Source: Spirochaetia bacterium (GTDB lineage: Bacteria > Spirochaetota > Spirochaetia > DSM-2461). From it: a DNA stretch of 64,000 nucleotides. Shown in pieces: positions 59,999 through 64,000 of this stretch; position 1 is the first letter of the stretch; every line of letters starts with the position of its first letter. The notes beneath the pieces were generated by a model, which saw only the letters and a list, made by a program, of their open reading frames with translations, was not told the DNA's origin and did no database searches. Where the stretch lies: assembly GCA_963666985.2 (NCBI GenBank), contig CAXXIA010000001.1, positions 1,216,001-1,280,000 of the forward strand. Direction: 5' to 3'. A program made the translations under genes and the position numbers.

Positions 59999-60188
59999 AT
60001 TAAATCTCATACTCATTCGGCCTTATCTTATAGTCATTCCGTTATTTTTCAATGAATATATCCCGTTATCTCATGAACTTCCGGTAATTCATTGACCGCT
60101 TAATTTTACCGGTAAATAATACGCAGGCTTCGATATGCAGAAGGCCGCGAAGTGAATGATCGGCCGCCGCGCACCCGGGAGGATACAA

Positions 60189-62546
60189 ATGCCGAAAATT
60201 TTCATTGCGTTTCGTTTTCACGTGAATTTCTACCATTCTTACCGGGGAGACGCTCCGGATGAATCGGGAATCGGTAAGGACATCAGGATTATCAGGGGAA
60301 TCCTCGACGATCTGGATCTTCTGAACGGCGAAGGCATTCCGGCAAAAGGAACTTGGGATATTGAAAACCATTATTCGCTCGCCGTCCTCGTGCCGAAACA
60401 TGCGCCCGATATCCTGGAACGCTGGCAATCCAGAGTCGCGAACAGCGGAGATGAAATCGAGGCGATGAGCTGGAACAACGGATTGGTTTCGGCGCAGACG
60501 GAAGAAGAATTCCGCAAAACCATGTCCTGGACCGTCAGCAACCCGGAAGGTTCCGGCCTGTCCGACCTCTTCAGCGAATGGGCGCCCATCGTCCGGCCGC
60601 AGGAATGCATGTTCACCCCGAGTCATCTGCGTCTCTATCCGCAGTTCGGCATCGAATGCGTCAGCCTTTATTACTCCTCGCATCCCTTCAACGGATTCAG
60701 CACCCACATTCCTCTGCTGGAAACAGACCAAAGATACAACCCCCTGACTCTCTCGGCTCCGGGATTCACGGAAACCATGACGCTCCTTCCCTCATGCAAT
60801 CACGGCGATCTGGCCGAAAATCTCGGACTGCGCCCCTGGGTTAAATACCTCCGCAAGAAGCAAAAAGATCGAGATTTCCTGATTCTCATCGACATGGACG
60901 CCGACGATGAGTTCTGGGCCGGATACGGAAAATTGGCAAAGATGATCACGCCGTCGGCAGGCGGACTGCAATCGCTGGTTCGAAGCGTCTGCGATCTGCC
61001 TTATGTCAAATTCTGCCGTCCCTACGATTATGTGAAAAACCACGAACCGGCCGGAAGCATCGAATTCGGTCAGGACACGGCCGACGGCAGCTACGACGGT
61101 CTTTCTTCCTGGGCGGAAAAAAGGGAAAACACGCGGCTGTGGACGCAAATCGCCCGATCCCGCGCCATGGACCGCTGGACACGCGAGTTGATCGGAAAAT
61201 CACAGACGCCCGCCGGCGTCTCCGAGAACCTGGAATCGGCCCTGAAAACACGAATCCTCACGCAAACCACAACCCATTTCGGATTATCCAGCCCCGTAAT
61301 GCATTCCGGACGGCTTAAAGCGGCCGAAGCGATGACCGCCGAGGCCTATGAGTTTTCCCGCAAAGCGCTGGAAGAAGCCGCCGGCGGAACAAACGGTCCG
61401 CCCGAGACTCGGAAAGTTCAAAAAAACGCACAGAGAAAAACGGAAGAAACGCGGAAGATTCAATTCCCGGCGAAAATCAAGTCTGGATTCGCGATTCCCC
61501 TGCCCGATTCCGGCGGAAACTGGCGCCTGACGGAAGGAGCGTCCGCAAAAAAACGGCGCGTCCCCGGCGAATCGCCCCAGCGGATTTCGGGAATCGATTC
61601 TTCCCGAATCCTTGTTTCGGGCCCTTTAAGATTCTCCATCAATCCCAAAGGACGGATCGGATTGTCTCTGCGTGATGTTCCCTGGCTGACAATGCGTCAT
61701 TCCGGTCCGGCTCTTCGATACGCGGGGAAAGAACCCGATTTCGTTCAAACGGATTTCAGACCCCCGATGGTCGTTTCGGAAGGACTGACGCGCATGAGTC
61801 AGAAAATGGAAGCGTCTCTGCCGTCGGCCGACGAACCGGTAATCTGGCATGGTGATTTCTATGCGGCGGACGACGCGCCTTGGATTTTGGCCGATGTCAG
61901 GGTTCGCTACCCCCTGACGCCCGATCGCCCCGGAAACAAGGCCAAAGCGCGCCTTCTGACGCGTTCCTGGGATAAGCGATGGCAGGAGATTCGACCTCTG
62001 GAGCTTGAAGCGCCGTTTAAGATGTCCGACGAAGCTCCGCTTCGAGTCTGGAAGCGCAATTCCTTCGGCGATGTAAGCCGCTTCGATCCGAACGGAGAGC
62101 ATCTTTGGTCCATGAATAATCAGATAACCGATCCCTGGCTGGCCGTTTCGGGAGGCGGAAAGGGACTGCTCATCGGCTGCAGTGTTGTCTCGGAAACCAA
62201 TTTTGCCTTCTGTCCCATCAGAATAACAGGCGGGAGTCACCCCGGTTTCCGTCTGAATCCCTTCGGCACATACTCAGGAGCTCAGCGACGCTATCCCTCA
62301 AAAAGAACGGGTATCGCCTTCTTCCTCTCCTCAAAGATGGCGAGTCATCTCGACTCCTATGCCCCTTCCTACAACGGAGGAGAGCAGCGGATAACAGTGC
62401 TTCTTATCCCGTACGAAGGCGATCGGCCGCCGGAAAAAATCACCTCCGCCGCCGAGACCTTCGGCATGCCGCCCTGGCCGGGATATCTCCCGTGGAAAAA
62501 CGGGACCTTCCCCAAGAATCCGACCGGACACGGGAACGGAGAATAA
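60189..62546 (+). CDS. Hypothetical protein with a possible glycoside hydrolase/deacetylase-type N-terminal barrel (GH57/GH38-like)
   Basis: SD GGGAGG; FRFHVNFYHSY, VRPQE, DMDAD, SSW motifs; beta-rich C-terminus. Family call is tentative. Confidence 0.55.
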   Translation: MPKIFIAFRFHVNFYHSYRGDAPDESGIGKDIRIIRGILDDLDLLNGEGIPAKGTWDIENHYSLAVLVPKHAPDILERWQSRVANSGDEIEAMSWNNGLVSAQTEEEFRKTMSWTVSNPEGSGLSDLFSEWAPIVRPQECMFTPSHLRLYPQFGIECVSLYYSSHPFNGFSTHIPLLETDQRYNPLTLSAPGFTETMTLLPSCNHGDLAENLGLRPWVKYLRKKQKDRDFLILIDMDADDEFWAGYGKLAKMITPSAGGLQSLVRSVCDLPYVKFCRPYDYVKNHEPAGSIEFGQDTADGSYDGLSSWAEKRENTRLWTQIARSRAMDRWTRELIGKSQTPAGVSENLESALKTRILTQTTTHFGLSSPVMHSGRLKAAEAMTAEAYEFSRKALEEAAGGTNGPPETRKVQKNAQRKTEETRKIQFPAKIKSGFAIPLPDSGGNWRLTEGASAKKRRVPGESPQRISGIDSSRILVSGPLRFSINPKGRIGLSLRDVPWLTMRHSGPALRYAGKEPDFVQTDFRPPMVVSEGLTRMSQKMEASLPSADEPVIWHGDFYAADDAPWILADVRVRYPLTPDRPGNKAKARLLTRSWDKRWQEIRPLELEAPFKMSDEAPLRVWKRNSFGDVSRFDPNGEHLWSMNNQITDPWLAVSGGGKGLLIGCSVVSETNFAFCPIRITGGSHPGFRLNPFGTYSGAQRRYPSKRTGIAFFLSSKMASHLDSYAPSYNGGEQRITVLLIPYEGDRPPEKITSAAETFGMPPWPGYLPWKNGTFPKNPTGHGNGE

Positions 62547-62638
62547 CCTGCGTCCGTCAATGCGGAAACAGCCCCTTTCGGCCTGAATACCGATCGGGGC
62601 TGTTCCTCTACTCTTGCCTTCGAGGATCGGTTCGGCTC

Positions 62639-63109
62639 TTACAGTTCCCTTCCGAGCCGTTTCTCAACCTGCCTCTTTTCCCATTCGGGTCCGAAAAGAA
62701 AAAACCGTCTGCGGCAGGATAATCCGTGGGAGATAATCCCTATGCCCCAGCCCATCGCGGGCCATTTCGCCCAGATATACTCAGGGTTGGTGAGTATATT
62801 GAGAACAAAAAGCCCCGCGATGATAAGTACATACATCGTAAGATGACTGTAAAATCCTTTGAGCTTACGCACTTCATTCATTGCACGCCGCTCTTCTTCC
62901 GTAATCGCCGTTTTGTCCATGTTCTGCGCCTCCGTTTGAAAATCCGAAGCTTCCATGTCGAAAACGGCCGCAAGTGACTTTAACGTTTCCAATCCCGGCG
63001 CGGCCCCGTTCTCAATTCTTTGAATCGTGCGGACGCTTAATCCGCTGAACTGCGCCAGTTCGGCCTGGGACCATCCCCTCTGCAGCCTCAATTTACGTAC
63101 GATCAGCAT
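62639..63109 (-). CDS. XRE-family HTH regulator with a 2TM domain
   Basis: LRLQRGWSQAELA..SGLSVRTIQRIE; F..HL..Y...W...GWGIG...H. SD GGAGG before ATG 63109. Confidence 0.9.
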   Translation of the reverse strand: MLIVRKLRLQRGWSQAELAQFSGLSVRTIQRIENGAAPGLETLKSLAAVFDMEASDFQTEAQNMDKTAITEEERRAMNEVRKLKGFYSHLTMYVLIIAGLFVLNILTNPEYIWAKWPAMGWGIGIISHGLSCRRRFFLFGPEWEKRQVEKRLGREL

Positions 63110-63243
63110 TGTCAACCTCCACTTGATCATCCTCGCCGATGAAAGCCTCGTTTCGCCCCGAAAGCTATCCCGGCATGAACGGATTCCCAACGACGGAAAG
63201 ACGACAGTCGCCTTCCTGTCGGGTTCCTGACGCGTCTGCGGAA

Positions 63244-64000
63244 CTAATCGTCTGTTCTAGCTACAAATTCACAAATCCATCGCCGAAGTTCCGCCGAAGC
63301 GCGGTCCGCGATTTCCAGAACCTCCTGATGGGAATGCTTCTCTTTGCGGATTCCCGTGGCCATGTTTGTGATGCAGCCCACGGCGAAGCATTCCAATCCG
63401 GCGTGATTCGCCGCGATGGTCTCGGGAACCGTCGACATGCCCACGGCATCGGCGCCGAGAATTCCCAGAGCCCGAATTTCGGACCTGGTTTCAAAATAAG
63501 GCCCCCAGAAACCCGCGTAAATCCCTTTGGCGTATCCGATGCCGAGCTCGTCGGCAATACGTTCGGCCCGTTCGATCAGACGGAAGGAGTAGGGTTCGCT
63601 CATATCGGGAAAACGCGGTCCCAGACGTTCGTCGTTTTCCCCGGTCAGAGGATTCACGGAAACGAAATTGATGAAATCTTCGAGAATCATCAAAGTACCC
63701 GGCGAAAAATCCCGATTAATGGCGCCGCAGGCGTTGGTAATCACCAAGGTTTTCACGCCCAGGAATTTCATCAGATACATAGGCAGCCCGAGCCGTTTCA
63801 TGGGATGTCCTTCATAGTAATGAGGACGTCCTTCCATCATCACGACACGGCGGCCGCGGAATCGTCCGAAAAGAAGCCTTCCGGCATGGCCCGCCACCGT
63901 GGACACAGGGAAATGGGGTATCTCGGCATAAGGAACGGCAGCTGTTTCTTCCATTTCTTCGGCCAGTGCGCCGAGCCCGGAACCGAGGATTATCCCGATT
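63244..64000 (-). CDS. punA: Purine nucleoside phosphorylase (trimeric type); start lies beyond the window end
   Basis: IILGSGLG, GHAGRL, GR.H.YEG, GP.FET..E, VGMSTVPE, TNMA. Confidence 0.95.
   Translation of the reverse strand, partial: IGIILGSGLGALAEEMEETAAVPYAEIPHFPVSTVAGHAGRLLFGRFRGRRVVMMEGRPHYYEGHPMKRLGLPMYLMKFLGVKTLVITNACGAINRDFSPGTLMILEDFINFVSVNPLTGENDERLGPRFPDMSEPYSFRLIERAERIADELGIGYAKGIYAGFWGPYFETRSEIRALGILGADAVGMSTVPETIAANHAGLECFAVGCITNMATGIRKEKHSHQEVLEIADRASAELRRWICEFVARTDD

Larger units (their letters stand above)
57736..60016 (-). pseudogene. Lipoprotein gene (possible SGNH-like hydrolase fold) interrupted by an IS481-family element
   Basis: Removing the IS and one duplicated target restores MSMRFNPIVLAVLAPLLTGCPSNTG... 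in frame with ORF 57736..58518 (HHSTG, FKSCYP, DDHP). Confidence 0.85.

Overview
Bacterial chromosomal window, most likely from a spirochaete (Spirochaetota). This is inferred from a P83/100-like protein, a fused PyrB-PyrI, a spirochaete-type ParE N-terminus and a tandem pair of cNMP-binding genes. It holds about 50 genes, mostly housekeeping, envelope and transport: an RND efflux operon, Ktr/Trk K+ uptake, a CNNM pair, a heterodimeric ABC exporter, PBP1A, Rex, an ABC-F protein, a U32 protein, PNP and tRNA-Thr(CGT). There are two catabolic modules, each with an identifiable candidate operator: LacI-sugar ABC-sulfatase, and aminotransferase-aldolase-TetR-FGGY kinase. Mobile and repeat DNA comprises an IS481-family element splitting a lipoprotein gene, a 141-bp MITE and a REP/BIME-like palindrome mosaic. 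The most notable observations are: a single-ORF AcrB-TolC fusion with an internal signal peptide; an orphan GNAT-histidine kinase fusion; a putative amino-polyol catabolic operon; a KtrB with a voltage-sensor-like N-terminus; a candidate sRNA with a C-rich loop; and widespread leaderless-type promoters. No CRISPR array, prophage or recognisable defence island was found. All calls come from reading motifs by eye; no database search was run.
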